64,000 nt of DNA, taken from positions 1,248,001 to 1,312,000 of the forward strand of contig OZ242180.1 of NCBI GenBank assembly GCA_965205485.1, in the 5' to 3' direction. Of this stretch, positions 1 to 10,167 are shown piece after piece (the first letter of the stretch is position 1; each line of letters opens with the position of its first letter). The notes beneath the pieces were generated by a model. That model did not search any database, was not told the origin of the DNA, and saw only the letters and a list, made by a program, of their open reading frames with translations. Source of the DNA: Candidatus Latescibacterota bacterium (GTDB taxonomy: Bacteria > Latescibacterota > UBA2968 > GCA-2709665). The translations under genes and the position numbers were made by a program.

Positions 1-1330
1 CACCCTGTTTGCACACGGACAGGAGCGACTGTCCGATATCGGATATACCTGGACCCACCAGCGGCAGTGGGCGTCGAGCACGCTGTCGCACAGCACCGTC
101 GTTGTAGATGGCGAGGACCAGGCGCGGGGCCATGAAAGCAACCCGTCCGACGGCAACCTGCTGCTGTTTGTACCGGGAGACAGCGGGTTTCAGGCGGTGG
201 CGGCGCAGGGCAACCGGGCGTATCCGGGGGTCGTACGGGACTACACCCGTCTGCTGGTGATGATTGGCGTCTCGGCGCAGGATGCTTACGTGGTCGATGT
301 GTTTCAGGTTGACGGTGGAGAGCGGCACGACTTCGTGCTGGTGGGAGACGCGAATAACGACGGGGCGATCGAGACGGAACTGGATCGATCGCCGTATGGT
401 GAGACGCTGCTGCCGCCCGGGGTGAAGGTCGTCCTGCCCAGCGGCGAGACCGTACCCGGATATGCGGAGGGACACAATTTCGCCTATGCGTACGTGAGGG
501 ACGTGCGCCGGGCGGGAATCTCCGCCCCATGGAAGGTGGTCTTCACAAGCGAGGGAGAACCGGAGGGCGGGGTGCGCGTTCACGGGATTTCAGAGCTGGA
601 TGGGGAACTGTTGTTCGGGAGCATGCCATCGGTCCGGCGGGCGGAGGAGAGCGAAGGCAGGCTGGATGATTATACCATGCCTGCGTTGATCCACCGCCGG
701 GAGGGGAAGGACCTCTCCAGCGAATTCGTGAATGTGCTGGAACCGTTCGGTGAAGCGCCGTTCTTGCGCTCCGTGGAGATGCTGGACAGTGACTCCGACG
801 GTCTGACGCTGAAGATTGAAGGCGTCGATTATACGGACTTTCTTCTCCATAGCAGGGAAGGAAGACGAGTGGTTGAGGGAGATATCGTACTGGTTGGCCG
901 CATCGGATTCGTGCGTGAGCGGGACGGCGCCGTTGAGAAAATGACCCTGGTGGGCGGATCACTCCTGCAAAAGGGCAATGTCATACTTGCGGGAGAAGGC
1001 GTCTTCGAAGGCGCGATCCTGGGTGTTTTGCGAAAGGAAAGTGGTTCGGCTGTTAACGGACTGGTTGTGGACGGCGATGTTCCGGAGGGAGAAGGGTCAG
1101 AGGATCTGACTGTCGTGGTCAACGACGGCGCCGGATTTTCGCTTGGCCTCAGGTTGTCGGATGTTGTGAGACAGGACGGTAGGACGGTTCTCGTGCTGGC
1201 GGACGATCCCGGTTTCGAAATGGAACCGGACGGCACGAGCCGGCACGTCTATTTCCCGCGCCGGTCCTGGACCGGAGAGAATCGATATGAGATCATGGAC
1301 GTGAGGCATCGACTCATGCCGGGTCGTTGA
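1..1330 (+). CDS. Heparinase II/III-like protein, 5'-truncated by window edge
   Basis: Frame 2 is open from base 2 (TLFAHGQERLSDIGYTWTHQRQWASSTLSHSTVVVDGEDQ) into ORF 197..1330; SHSTVVVDG resembles the HNTxxVDG motif of heparinase II/III C-terminal domains. Confidence 0.6.
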   Translation, partial: TLFAHGQERLSDIGYTWTHQRQWASSTLSHSTVVVDGEDQARGHESNPSDGNLLLFVPGDSGFQAVAAQGNRAYPGVVRDYTRLLVMIGVSAQDAYVVDVFQVDGGERHDFVLVGDANNDGAIETELDRSPYGETLLPPGVKVVLPSGETVPGYAEGHNFAYAYVRDVRRAGISAPWKVVFTSEGEPEGGVRVHGISELDGELLFGSMPSVRRAEESEGRLDDYTMPALIHRREGKDLSSEFVNVLEPFGEAPFLRSVEMLDSDSDGLTLKIEGVDYTDFLLHSREGRRVVEGDIVLVGRIGFVRERDGAVEKMTLVGGSLLQKGNVILAGEGVFEGAILGVLRKESGSAVNGLVVDGDVPEGEGSEDLTVVVNDGAGFSLGLRLSDVVRQDGRTVLVLADDPGFEMEPDGTSRHVYFPRRSWTGENRYEIMDVRHRLMPGR

Positions 1331-1366
1331 GGAAACGGTTGTTAGGGAGAGGAACACCGAAAAGGC

Positions 1367-1765
1367 GGGCGACCACAAGGGTCGCCCCTACAAGCTTGCC
1401 TTTGGCACGAGAAGAAACCTTACAAGGCAGGCAATCTCTACCCTCTCCCGTCTTCCGTCTCGCCGCTTCTGAGACCTTCCCCCTAACCCCCTTCCTGTGA
1501 GGAAGGGGGAACGGCGATGGGTTGATGTCCTGGGCATACGAATGTGCCGGGTGGCGATTTCCTTTCGATCAAAGTGTCTGTCGATGACCGGCACGCGAAA
1601 CCTGGTTTTCTTCCCTCTCTCCTGGTAGGAGAGAGGGCCGGGGAGAGAGGTCTGCGGGGTGGTGGGGAGGGTTTGCCTTTGACTTTGCCCTTCGTTCTTG
1701 CCTTAAGCTGCCTTTGATTCTCGCTTTTGGTTCTAGCTGACGGCTGATAGCTGATTGCTGATAGC
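1367..1765. repeat. Intergenic cluster of REP-like palindromes and 7-mer repeats
   Basis: GGGCGACCACAAGGGTCGCCCCTAC (1367-1391); CCCCCTTCC..GGAAGGGGG (~1477-1510); CCCTCTCTCC..GGAGAGAGGG (~1611-1650); GCTGATA-type heptamers (~1735-1765). Confidence 0.8.
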
Positions 1766-1790
1766 TCTCTTGATGCAAGGAGATTTCGAT

Positions 1791-4208
1791 ATGGTTCAAA
1801 TGTCCGACACTACGGAACTGAAAGCCCCGTTTCTGCCGGCCCAGGAGAATGAGCTCAGCCGGCGCTACCTGAGGATGATCGAGAAATGGATTCCGGTGGG
1901 CGTCGAGTATTTTCAGGAATGGCCGGACAGGCCGAACTGCGGACATTTCTTCGGCGGGTGTCACTGGTACGGCGGCGAAACGGTGCCGCCCATGGAGACG
2001 TTCGCCCTGGCCAGCATCTCTCCGGAATACGATGAGAAAGGGGTCGGCGTCTCCCGGAACGACCTGCAGCGCATGGCAATTATGGGGTTGCGATATCTGT
2101 GTTTCACACACGATTCCGGTCCTGACGATTGCGTGCGACCCAGCGAGGGCATGGGGCGACCCGAGATCTGCGGTACGAAATGGGGCGAACGCGGGTTGGG
2201 GTTCTTCAAGGAGAGCCAGTGCGGCGGGCCAATCTCGGCAATGGGCCGTGTCAGCCTGTTGCTGCGGGACCGGATTGACGACGAGACCTGGATGCTGCTG
2301 GCGCGGGTACACGCGGACTACGCCGGCAGGTTCGGCAACATGGCGCCGAAGAGCGGCATTTACGTGGATACGCAGATGGAAGAAAATGCCTGGACGTCCT
2401 ACGGATTGACGTCGTGCCACTTGTTCCTTGAGCGCCACGAAAACGCCGCCGAATGGGAGGCAACCTGCAGGCGTTGGATGTATTCCACGTGCGCGGCGCC
2501 CCAGGACGCAAAGGACCGCGGCGCAGTCGGCCGGAGGACGGCGGGGTCGCTGGCGGGGAAGACGTTTACGGCGCTGCCGGATTACTGGGCGGAAAACCAC
2601 GGGATGGTGCATCCCAACTACACCTCGTCGGGCGTCCGCCCGCTCATGGTGGCCGGGGCGCATTTGAAGTTGTGGGGACGGGAACTGCCGCCGGAGTTGC
2701 TCTGGAACCGCCGCAGGGTGTACGAAAATCTGAAGGCGATGACCGATGGATCGGGATACGCCCAGGCCGTGCAGGGGATGGACTGGCACTATCTGCCAAC
2801 CACCGGAAGCGAGACCCCGCATTCGGCTGCCGCCGTGTTCTTTGATGACCCGGACGCCGCCGCGCTTCTGCGCAGAGGGCTCCGGAATGCCGAACTGCGG
2901 CAGGATGGGAACGGAGGGCGGATGTACGACAGGGATTTCGCGGAACGGGCGCACGACCAGCAGGACCCCATGATCATGCGGGAAGTCACCATCGGCGCGG
3001 TCGCGCACCAGTACCTGTTTCACCGGCTGTTCGGTCCCGGTGCGGCGCCCACCCCCGAAAATGAACTCGAACGACGATTGGCCGGGGTACGGGAGTACCC
3101 GCACGCGGGTTTCGTACATCACCGGCACCCGAAGGGGCAGACTTCGTTTTCATGGCGGAATTCCGTGATGGCAATGCCGCTGACCCGAGAGGGGATCTAT
3201 ACGATCGCGCCCTGCTCCGATAGCTGGCTGGGAAGGCCGGTGGTGAAGGGGCGACCGGACAGCCATCGGCTCAAGCGGGTGCGGGTGACCGACTGCGACG
3301 ACGGGTTTGCCGCGGCGATGGTCATGGACCGGTGCCAGGAGTCATTGCGCCAGCAGGTACTCTTCGCCAGCCTGCCCGATGGCCGGGCCCTTTCATTCGA
3401 GCGGTTCACGGCCCTCGAAGACCTGACGGTGGAATCCCTCGACCAGGGATTTCTGCGGATTACCAATGAACACTTCCTTCTGCTCGAACCGAACTGCCGC
3501 GGCGTCCGCACACTCTACCGGCCCGACGGGTCGACCGACTACCGGGGCTGGCTGGGCGATCGCGAAGAGGACGATATCGAAGATCGCCTGGGCGGACCGG
3601 CCTGGCTGAATATCGACGACCGGCTGGGTATCGTGTTTTCGGGTACGGGCGACGCGGTTTATCTCAATCGACACTATTACAAGCCCTATCGTGCGATCGC
3701 GGATGATCTCACGCTGTCGCACCAGGAACATGAAAGGTCGCTGCGAGCCGGCGACGATGCCGGCACCCTGGCGGCGTTGGTGATTCCCGAGCAGGCCCAC
3801 GAGGACACGTCCGCCAGTTGTCTCGACGTCCTGACTGGGCCGGATCATAGCGCGTGCCTGGTTACCGACGGCTACCTCGTGGCTGCCAATTTCGCCGGCA
3901 AACGCAGGGTGTGTGCGTTTGCTCGGTCCCGGTGCGAGGAAATCGTTGTCTATACGGGCACTGCGGTCGTTGCGAATGGAGATACCGTACGGTACGACGT
4001 GCCGCTCAACAGCGTGAGCGCCTGCCTTCTGGCCGCGACGCACTCGCTACGCGTGGATGGAGATGTAAGCGCCGAGATCGCGTCGGACGGCGGAATCTAT
4101 GTGACGAACACGGGTTCCGACCCACAGGTGGTCGGGATTTCGAGCGGTGAAGATGCGGGCGAGGAGCGGACGATCGACCCCGGAAGGACGATTCGAGTTG
4201 AAATGTGA
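1791..4208 (+). CDS. Large hypothetical protein, possibly polysaccharide-lyase-like (alpha/alpha toroid plus beta-sandwich)
   Basis: Long ORF; ATG 1791 follows AAGGAG; ENHGMVHPNY and WLNIDDRLGIV segments are reminiscent of PL8/chondroitinase-like proteins; lies next to heparinase- and GH-like genes. Confidence 0.45.
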   Translation: MVQMSDTTELKAPFLPAQENELSRRYLRMIEKWIPVGVEYFQEWPDRPNCGHFFGGCHWYGGETVPPMETFALASISPEYDEKGVGVSRNDLQRMAIMGLRYLCFTHDSGPDDCVRPSEGMGRPEICGTKWGERGLGFFKESQCGGPISAMGRVSLLLRDRIDDETWMLLARVHADYAGRFGNMAPKSGIYVDTQMEENAWTSYGLTSCHLFLERHENAAEWEATCRRWMYSTCAAPQDAKDRGAVGRRTAGSLAGKTFTALPDYWAENHGMVHPNYTSSGVRPLMVAGAHLKLWGRELPPELLWNRRRVYENLKAMTDGSGYAQAVQGMDWHYLPTTGSETPHSAAAVFFDDPDAAALLRRGLRNAELRQDGNGGRMYDRDFAERAHDQQDPMIMREVTIGAVAHQYLFHRLFGPGAAPTPENELERRLAGVREYPHAGFVHHRHPKGQTSFSWRNSVMAMPLTREGIYTIAPCSDSWLGRPVVKGRPDSHRLKRVRVTDCDDGFAAAMVMDRCQESLRQQVLFASLPDGRALSFERFTALEDLTVESLDQGFLRITNEHFLLLEPNCRGVRTLYRPDGSTDYRGWLGDREEDDIEDRLGGPAWLNIDDRLGIVFSGTGDAVYLNRHYYKPYRAIADDLTLSHQEHERSLRAGDDAGTLAALVIPEQAHEDTSASCLDVLTGPDHSACLVTDGYLVAANFAGKRRVCAFARSRCEEIVVYTGTAVVANGDTVRYDVPLNSVSACLLAATHSLRVDGDVSAEIASDGGIYVTNTGSDPQVVGISSGEDAGEERTIDPGRTIRVEM

Positions 4209-4241
4209 ATTCAATATCGTGAGGGAAACGATCGATAACCT

Positions 4242-4505
4242 TCTGCGAGCTCAATGACGTTCGTTGTCTGTGCTGAGCGTGTCGAAGCAAGCTCGTCGAA
4301 ACGCCGTCATAGAGCTTCTTAACGTGTACGCTGCCTTGATTGTCAGCACAGAGCTTGTCAATGCAAACTCGCGGAAGCCGAGCCGGTTCCTGGAGCTTGC
4401 GGTCCCTTAGCTTGCGTTCATTGAGCTTGTCGAAATGCCCGCGATTCGGTTCCCTTCGACAGCCTACGCCGGCCCTTCGACAAGCTCAGGGAACGGCTAA
4501 GGACA
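4242..4505. repeat. Cluster of CTTCGACAAGCTCAG-type palindromic repeats
   Basis: TTGAGCTTGTCGAAATG (4421-4437) and CCCTTCGACAAGCTCAGG (4473-4490) plus degenerate copies; same family at ~9041-9100 and ~35461-35612. Confidence 0.8.
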
Positions 4506-4562
4506 AGCGCGAATAGGCCGCACGGTTTTCCCTGGATATCGAAATTACGAGGAGACATCTCC

Positions 4563-7097
4563 GTGAACGATCATCTTCTTCTGCAAAACAGCGCCCTCTC
4601 CCTGAATTGGGAGGACGGAAAGCTTCAGGTGGAGAATCGCCGGTCGGGTATCAGCCGTAACTTTGACTTTCCGGCCTTCATGATTCGGCTGGGCGACGTG
4701 GAGATTCCGGCTGACCATTTCGTTCAGACCGGTATGGAGGCCGGTTCGGACGAGGTGGCATTTGACTGTCGTCACGAAACGACCGGCATACGGGCCCGGG
4801 TGCGGTACTGGATCGAAGGAGAGAATCCCTGGTTCAGGAAGCAGTTGACGCTCGAGGCGCCGGACAGTCCGAGCGCGCCGACCCCGGACCGGCTCTGGGT
4901 GGATCTGCAGGAAAGTCCGCCGCGCCCGATGCGACGGGTGGGATACAGCGTCCGCGGCGGGCCGGACACGGAGGAACAGTCCGGGCTCGACTCGTACGCC
5001 CCGCCGGTACCGGGTTGCGGGTATCCGGTGTGGGCCGGAGACTGGTTTGTCGGGCTCGAGCATCCGGTGGGGTTTGTGGTTCCGGGCGAGAGGCTGGAAC
5101 TCTTCCACCACCCGGTCTGGGACGATGAACGACGCATTGAAAGCTACACCGCGGTCTACGGCGCGGCAGAGCGTCATGGATCGGTGCGAGACGCCTTCAT
5201 GGACTATCTCTGGCAGGTTCGCCTTCCCAGGCTGTCAATGCCGATTTTCCATCTCTCCGTAGGATGGTCGGTGCGTTATCTGGGCAATCGGGAGTATCTC
5301 GACTCGTTCGATATGAACCAGGCCTACGCCGAGGCGGTATCGGACCTCGGCCTGACGCCCGACTCGCTTGCATTTGACGCGGGCTGGTTCGACAGGAAGT
5401 CCATCTACAGGCACAAGGGCGACGATGAGGAGGATTCGCGGCTCATCACGTTTGCGGAGGACTTGAAACAGAAGGGATTCTCGCTGGCATTGTGGGTGAC
5501 GCACAACGGTCCGGTTGGTTTCGATACCGACTGGATTCAGGAGCAGGGATGGCGGGTTGGCGAGGGGCCCGGCTCCTACGGAAGCGGAACGTTCGTGGTC
5601 ATGGCGCAGCCGTCCTTCGAAGAGGCCGTGGCGCGGCGCTGGGAGCGGCTGGTGAGGGACGTAGGGACGGTGCATCTGAAGATCGATTGGGACAACGAGT
5701 GCGCCACCCATCCCGATTTCCAGGAACGTCTACCCACGCCACATCACATGCGCGAGGCCTCGATCAACGCGTTCAATCGGATCGACCGCCGGCTGCGGGC
5801 GATCAATCCCAAACTGGTGACACGGAACGGATGGTGGCCCAGCCCATGGTGGCTGTGCCTGGCGAACCACACGTGGCTGATACATTCCGGGGATTGCGAA
5901 TACGCGTCCTGGCCGGCTCGCACCCAGCGCGACCGCGCTCTGACGCACCGGGACACGGTTTATTATCAGATCATGCGCAAGGCGGAAACGCCGATCTTCT
6001 TCGACGCGTACGACAATCACGAATTCGTGCAGGCATTGACCAATGCGTTCGGCGACCCGGACCATACGTGGCTGGACAACCTCGTGCTGGCGGCCTGCCG
6101 CGGCACCACCTATATGCCGATGCCGATCAATCCCGAAAGCCTGAGAGAGAACCGGGCGGGGCAACTGCAGGCGATGATGGACTGGATGCGTTTCAACGCG
6201 GACGACCTGGGCACGAAGGAGACGCGGATGGTGCTGGGGAATCCCGCTTTCGGCGAGGTCTATGGCTTCCTGCATCCTTCGGGCGGAAGCGCATGGCTCC
6301 TGCTCCGAAATCCTTCCGTCGAGCCCCAGACGGTGGATCTTCGCGCGGACCTCGGATTGGGGTATGCGCCGGGGACCATACGGCAGGTGTATCCCTTCTG
6401 GCAGGACCTCGATGGTTCCGTAACCTTGCTGGGGAACGAAGTCCGCTTGATGAAGATCTATGCCGACGAACAGGAGGACGTCTCGCCCATACCGGACGCG
6501 CCGTTCATGGCGCGGTTGTGCGATGGCGGGTGTGAACACCTGTTTCCAGGGGACCGTCGGCTCACGGCCGACGTGGGGCCCGCGGTGCATCCGGACATGC
6601 AGATCCCCGGTCTCTCCGCCGAAACAACCTGCGATGAACTCAGCGAAGGGGCCCACAGGATGCAGTGGTACGTCGCGGTGCCGCACCGGTTCGAGCGTCC
6701 GGAACTGCAGGTTGTTCTGCTCGGACCGGAGGAAGTGCTGGATGGCGTGGATGTCCGCGCCGGCGGGTCGCGGTACAAGGGCGTGCCTTCAAGATATTCG
6801 TACGTGACCCAGCGCATCCACCGGCAGGGCCGAAGCAGCCACGGCTCGGCCAGGTTCCTGCCCCCCGTGGGACCGAAGGAACGGGACGACTATCTCTTCA
6901 ACATTCACGAAAGCGGATGGGCATCGGTAACGGTGGATCTTACCGGCGACGACCTGGATGCACTGACGGTAAAGGCCTGGGTCGCCGGGTACGAGGCGCC
7001 CGCCAGACGGACGATTGTCCGGGATACGCCGCCGATGCGCGGCCCCCTGCTCCCGGTCCATCCGTACGGATTTTCCAGATGTATCGAGATCAGGTGA
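4563..7097 (+). CDS. Putative glycoside hydrolase (clan GH-D / alpha-galactosidase-like TIM barrel)
   Basis: 844 aa; FDAGW and LKIDW resemble the GH27/36 DDGW and KxD motifs; GAGGAG RBS before GTG. Confidence 0.5.
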   Translation: MNDHLLLQNSALSLNWEDGKLQVENRRSGISRNFDFPAFMIRLGDVEIPADHFVQTGMEAGSDEVAFDCRHETTGIRARVRYWIEGENPWFRKQLTLEAPDSPSAPTPDRLWVDLQESPPRPMRRVGYSVRGGPDTEEQSGLDSYAPPVPGCGYPVWAGDWFVGLEHPVGFVVPGERLELFHHPVWDDERRIESYTAVYGAAERHGSVRDAFMDYLWQVRLPRLSMPIFHLSVGWSVRYLGNREYLDSFDMNQAYAEAVSDLGLTPDSLAFDAGWFDRKSIYRHKGDDEEDSRLITFAEDLKQKGFSLALWVTHNGPVGFDTDWIQEQGWRVGEGPGSYGSGTFVVMAQPSFEEAVARRWERLVRDVGTVHLKIDWDNECATHPDFQERLPTPHHMREASINAFNRIDRRLRAINPKLVTRNGWWPSPWWLCLANHTWLIHSGDCEYASWPARTQRDRALTHRDTVYYQIMRKAETPIFFDAYDNHEFVQALTNAFGDPDHTWLDNLVLAACRGTTYMPMPINPESLRENRAGQLQAMMDWMRFNADDLGTKETRMVLGNPAFGEVYGFLHPSGGSAWLLLRNPSVEPQTVDLRADLGLGYAPGTIRQVYPFWQDLDGSVTLLGNEVRLMKIYADEQEDVSPIPDAPFMARLCDGGCEHLFPGDRRLTADVGPAVHPDMQIPGLSAETTCDELSEGAHRMQWYVAVPHRFERPELQVVLLGPEEVLDGVDVRAGGSRYKGVPSRYSYVTQRIHRQGRSSHGSARFLPPVGPKERDDYLFNIHESGWASVTVDLTGDDLDALTVKAWVAGYEAPARRTIVRDTPPMRGPLLPVHPYGFSRCIEIR

Positions 7098-7146
7098 GGC
7101 GGCGCGCAACTGAAATTGGATTGTCCTTCTGAAGGGAGGCTTTGAA

Positions 7147-8025
7147 ATGGCGCTGAGGCACGATGCCGGACAGGACGTCTGGCACTTCGCGACGGAGCAG
7201 ATGGCGGGCTACATCCAGCCTGACGGGGACCGTCATGGAATCAAGGAGTTGACGCACAAATCGACGGGCGCGCAGGTGGTACACCCGAAGTACGACCTTC
7301 TGAATCTGTTTTTCATGTTTTCGCAGAACCACTGTATGGGGCAGGCCCGCGAGAACGAACGCAGCATTACGTCCGACGGCAATGCGATCGAAGTACACTG
7401 GGCGGGGACAGATGATCACAAGGCCGAGATGACGGCAAGGTACGAAGTCGTCGAACCCAATGCGGTGGACCTTTCGATCACCGTGAAGTCGAACTGGCCG
7501 TACCCGGCTTATGAAGTGTTCCTGTCCAACTATTTCGACCTGTCCCTGCGGCCGTACGTGTATGTCCAGGGCAGTCCGTTCGATATTCCGGCCGATCAGG
7601 CGCGATGGATCGCGCCGGAAGTGAACGACGTTTTCGTGGGAACGGGACTGGTATTCTCGAGGGACCAGCACGCCGCGCGCCGGTCTACCGACGGGCGATG
7701 GGACCGGATCTGGGGCCTGTACCAGTGGAATCCCCAACGGTATTTCGAATCGCCGGTGATCATGAGCGCGAACCTGGAAACGGGCGTTGCAGGCGTACTG
7801 ATGTCCAGACCTCAGGACTGTTACGCGGTCATCAGCGGGTACCAGAGCGAAAACATGAAGGACCCGTTCAGGGACCAGAATCCGCTCTACCTCTCGTTGT
7901 TCGGAGATGACTTCCGCGTCGGGGATGAACGGACCGTGCAGGTGCGGTTCGCCGTCACCGAAATCGACGAATCGATGACGCAGCCGCTGGCGTTGTACGA
8001 GGCGTTTATGGCGGAGAAGGGGTAG
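7147..8025 (+). CDS. Hypothetical protein
   Basis: 292-aa ORF with GGGAGG RBS and typical codon usage, co-oriented with upstream carbohydrate genes. Confidence 0.75.
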   Translation: MALRHDAGQDVWHFATEQMAGYIQPDGDRHGIKELTHKSTGAQVVHPKYDLLNLFFMFSQNHCMGQARENERSITSDGNAIEVHWAGTDDHKAEMTARYEVVEPNAVDLSITVKSNWPYPAYEVFLSNYFDLSLRPYVYVQGSPFDIPADQARWIAPEVNDVFVGTGLVFSRDQHAARRSTDGRWDRIWGLYQWNPQRYFESPVIMSANLETGVAGVLMSRPQDCYAVISGYQSENMKDPFRDQNPLYLSLFGDDFRVGDERTVQVRFAVTEIDESMTQPLALYEAFMAEKG

Positions 8026-8041
8026 GACAGGGCATCAAGTT

Positions 8042-8812
8042 TCACGGCATCCAGATATTCCACTTGCCGTGCTTTTCCCAGATGCGGCAGGGGTCGCAGG
8101 TACACATCCACCGGATTGCGAAACGCGGTTTGCTGCCTGTATTGAGCGACCCGGCGTGTACCAGCAGGTAATGAAAGAACAGGACGTCGCCCCGGGACGG
8201 CGTCAACTCGATCGGCGCGCTCAGATCGAACTTTTGCGTTGGGTTCTGCAAATCCGGCAGCATGCGAAACCTGTCGGGATCCCGCACCGCCCCATCTCTG
8301 AGCGTACGATGCGAACCCGGCCAGACTGCCGTTCCGCCACCCTGCGCGACACCGGAATCGAGATACGTCAGCGACGAGACGCGGAATGATCCGGGAAAGA
8401 TGCTGAACGGTCGATGTACGCCATCGGCATGCCCGCTGTGGTGACTCCAGCTTCCCGACACCGGAAATACGCTGCGCGTCCACACCGCCTCCGGCTGAGG
8501 TCTCTGGCAGCGAAACGCCGCCTCATTCTTGCGGGCTAGCTGGCTCTGCACGTCGTAAAACGCGGGAGTACAACATGCCAGCAACTCAGGGTCCTTGAGC
8601 CCGAAATGTTCAACCACCCCCTGGCTGGCCACCGTCGTTACGCCATCGGCATTGTCCGGTAAAGGAGACCACGAAGCCGGATCGTCCCGATCCATACCGA
8701 GGACAGACCACATCGTTTCCTCCGCGCCAGCGATTGTTGTTTCCGGAATCAGCCCCGACACCATCACGTACCCGTCCCGGTCATATTGTGCAATCTGCGC
8801 TTGCGAAAGCAT
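8042..8812 (-). CDS. Phytanoyl-CoA dioxygenase (PhyH) family 2OG-Fe(II) oxygenase
   Basis: YDRDGY N-terminus, HAD (HxD), VWPGSH, GDVLFFH..LVHAGS.N....R. Confidence 0.85.
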   Translation of the reverse strand: MLSQAQIAQYDRDGYVMVSGLIPETTIAGAEETMWSVLGMDRDDPASWSPLPDNADGVTTVASQGVVEHFGLKDPELLACCTPAFYDVQSQLARKNEAAFRCQRPQPEAVWTRSVFPVSGSWSHHSGHADGVHRPFSIFPGSFRVSSLTYLDSGVAQGGGTAVWPGSHRTLRDGAVRDPDRFRMLPDLQNPTQKFDLSAPIELTPSRGDVLFFHYLLVHAGSLNTGSKPRFAIRWMCTCDPCRIWEKHGKWNIWMP

Positions 8813-9040
8813 GGACGTCTCCTGGATAGAAGGACATTCGGGTAGACCTTGAGTGTCGTCCCATATAATATCGGTCGATCGAACACCTAAGACACACTAT
8901 CCGTCGTCAACACGGTATTCAACAAGGAAGCATCAAAACACTTCGCCGCTTCAATGTTTGTTGAAGAGATCTCACGTGCCTAACATCGGCCGGTCCCTGA
9001 CTCTGTGCGAAATCGAAGATCGCATACCGAAGCGTGGTCA

Positions 9041-9101
9041 TTGAGCTTGTCGAAATGCCCGCGCTTCGATATCCTGTGCCGACCCTTCGACAAGCTCAGG
9101 G
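9041..9101. repeat. CTTCGACAAGCTCAG-type inverted REP pair
   Basis: TTGAGCTTGTCGAAATG...CCCTTCGACAAGCTCAGG. Confidence 0.8.
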
Positions 9102-9271
9102 AGCGGCCCAGGATACTCGCGCCCATTCATGGAGGGCCCCCTAAAGGGGGACAGGTTTGCTTCGGCGCCGATCTCGGTACGAGACAGTTCGTCGAAGTCA
9201 TACGCGAGACTCCTCGTTCTTCATAGCGCGTCCCATCTTGGGAACATATTTTGAACATTGCCAGACCCACG

Positions 9272-9571
9272 CTATTCGAACGTCGCGACGTGATCAAGAT
9301 TCATGCTTGAAATTGAACCTTCCTCATAGCAGGAATACCAATCCGCGGCATTTGGGATATTGACCATGTCTGCTTGCGCGTTCTTCGCGTCGCCCTCTGA
9401 TTCCCAGTAAACGACGTCGGTATAGCCTCCATCGCTGTTCCGGTGAATCTCCCACTTAATGAAACCTGGCTGTCTGCTCATCCAGTTCACCAGGACCTGA
9501 CGTGCAACGTTTAGTAGGTGTTCCTCGGAGATATTCTCTGCCAACTGGTAACTGATGATGTCTTTATACAT
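9272..9571 (-). CDS. Small dimeric alpha/beta-barrel (ABM-like) protein
   Basis: 99 aa; QPGFI..WE...Y.DVVYWES...AK.A pattern; its ATG overlaps the TAA of the upstream peroxiredoxin-like gene (TAATG). Confidence 0.65.
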   Translation of the reverse strand: MYKDIISYQLAENISEEHLLNVARQVLVNWMSRQPGFIKWEIHRNSDGGYTDVVYWESEGDAKNAQADMVNIPNAADWYSCYEEGSISSMNLDHVATFE

Positions 9572-10167
9572 TATTCGCTATCCCTTGATTCCAGGTGTTC
9601 GAGTATTTCCTGCTGTTCGGCCAGATCGAACTGACTCGATCCGATGTACGTATATCTGATCACGCCGCGTCTGTCGACGATGAACGTCGCCGGACGGGCA
9701 ATGCTGTTGCTCAACCCGTGATTCGCCAGGCCGGTCCATTCATGCAGGGCATAGCCGAGTTTGTCGATGACAAACGTCGCGGGACGGACGATGGTGTAGG
9801 CGACGTTGTGCATCGCCAGGGCGAACCAGTGGCGTACCCCATAGCTCCTGATGACACTCCAGTCTTCGTCCGCCAGAAGCGGAAAGGTGATCCCGTTGCG
9901 TTCGGCGTATTCGCGCATCTCGCCCGGCGGCTGTCCTGCGCCAACGGCAATCGACGTCGTTTTTCTTTCTGCGTACGCTTCGATATGTTCCTGAACGATC
10001 GCCAACTGACGACGCGTTCTCCGTCACCAGGTCCCCCGGAAAAACGTCAGAACGACGTTTTCCTTGTGCCGATACGACGCCAGCGACACCTCTCGTTGCT
10101 GGTGCGACCGGAGCGTGAACAAGGGGGCGGGGTCACCGACACTGAGGGCCCTGCTTCTTCGCGGCAT
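9571..10167 (-). CDS. Peroxiredoxin-like (AhpC/TSA) selenoprotein, Sec at codon 48
   Basis: From ATG 10167 the frame reads MPRRSRALSVGDPAPLFTLRSHQQREVSLASYRHKENVVLTFFRGTW-TGA-RRTRRQLAIVQ... in frame with ORF 9571..10005; the TGA (10024-10026) occupies the redox Cys site of the FxRGxWCxxC motif; a SECIS-like hairpin follows. Confidence 0.85.
9993..10019 (-). promoter_or_regulatory. Putative bacterial SECIS element
   Basis: Minus strand after UGA: GAACG-C-GUCGUC-[AGUU]-GGCGAU-CGUUC; apical loop begins 16 nt after the UGA with G at loop position 2. Confidence 0.7.

Noticed and set aside
1569..3128. 519-aa antisense ORF and similar long shadow ORFs (e.g. 5492..6535, 11304..12500, 18966..20192, 61145..62347)
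   Set aside because: Expected in high-GC DNA opposite or within real genes; no recognisable domains
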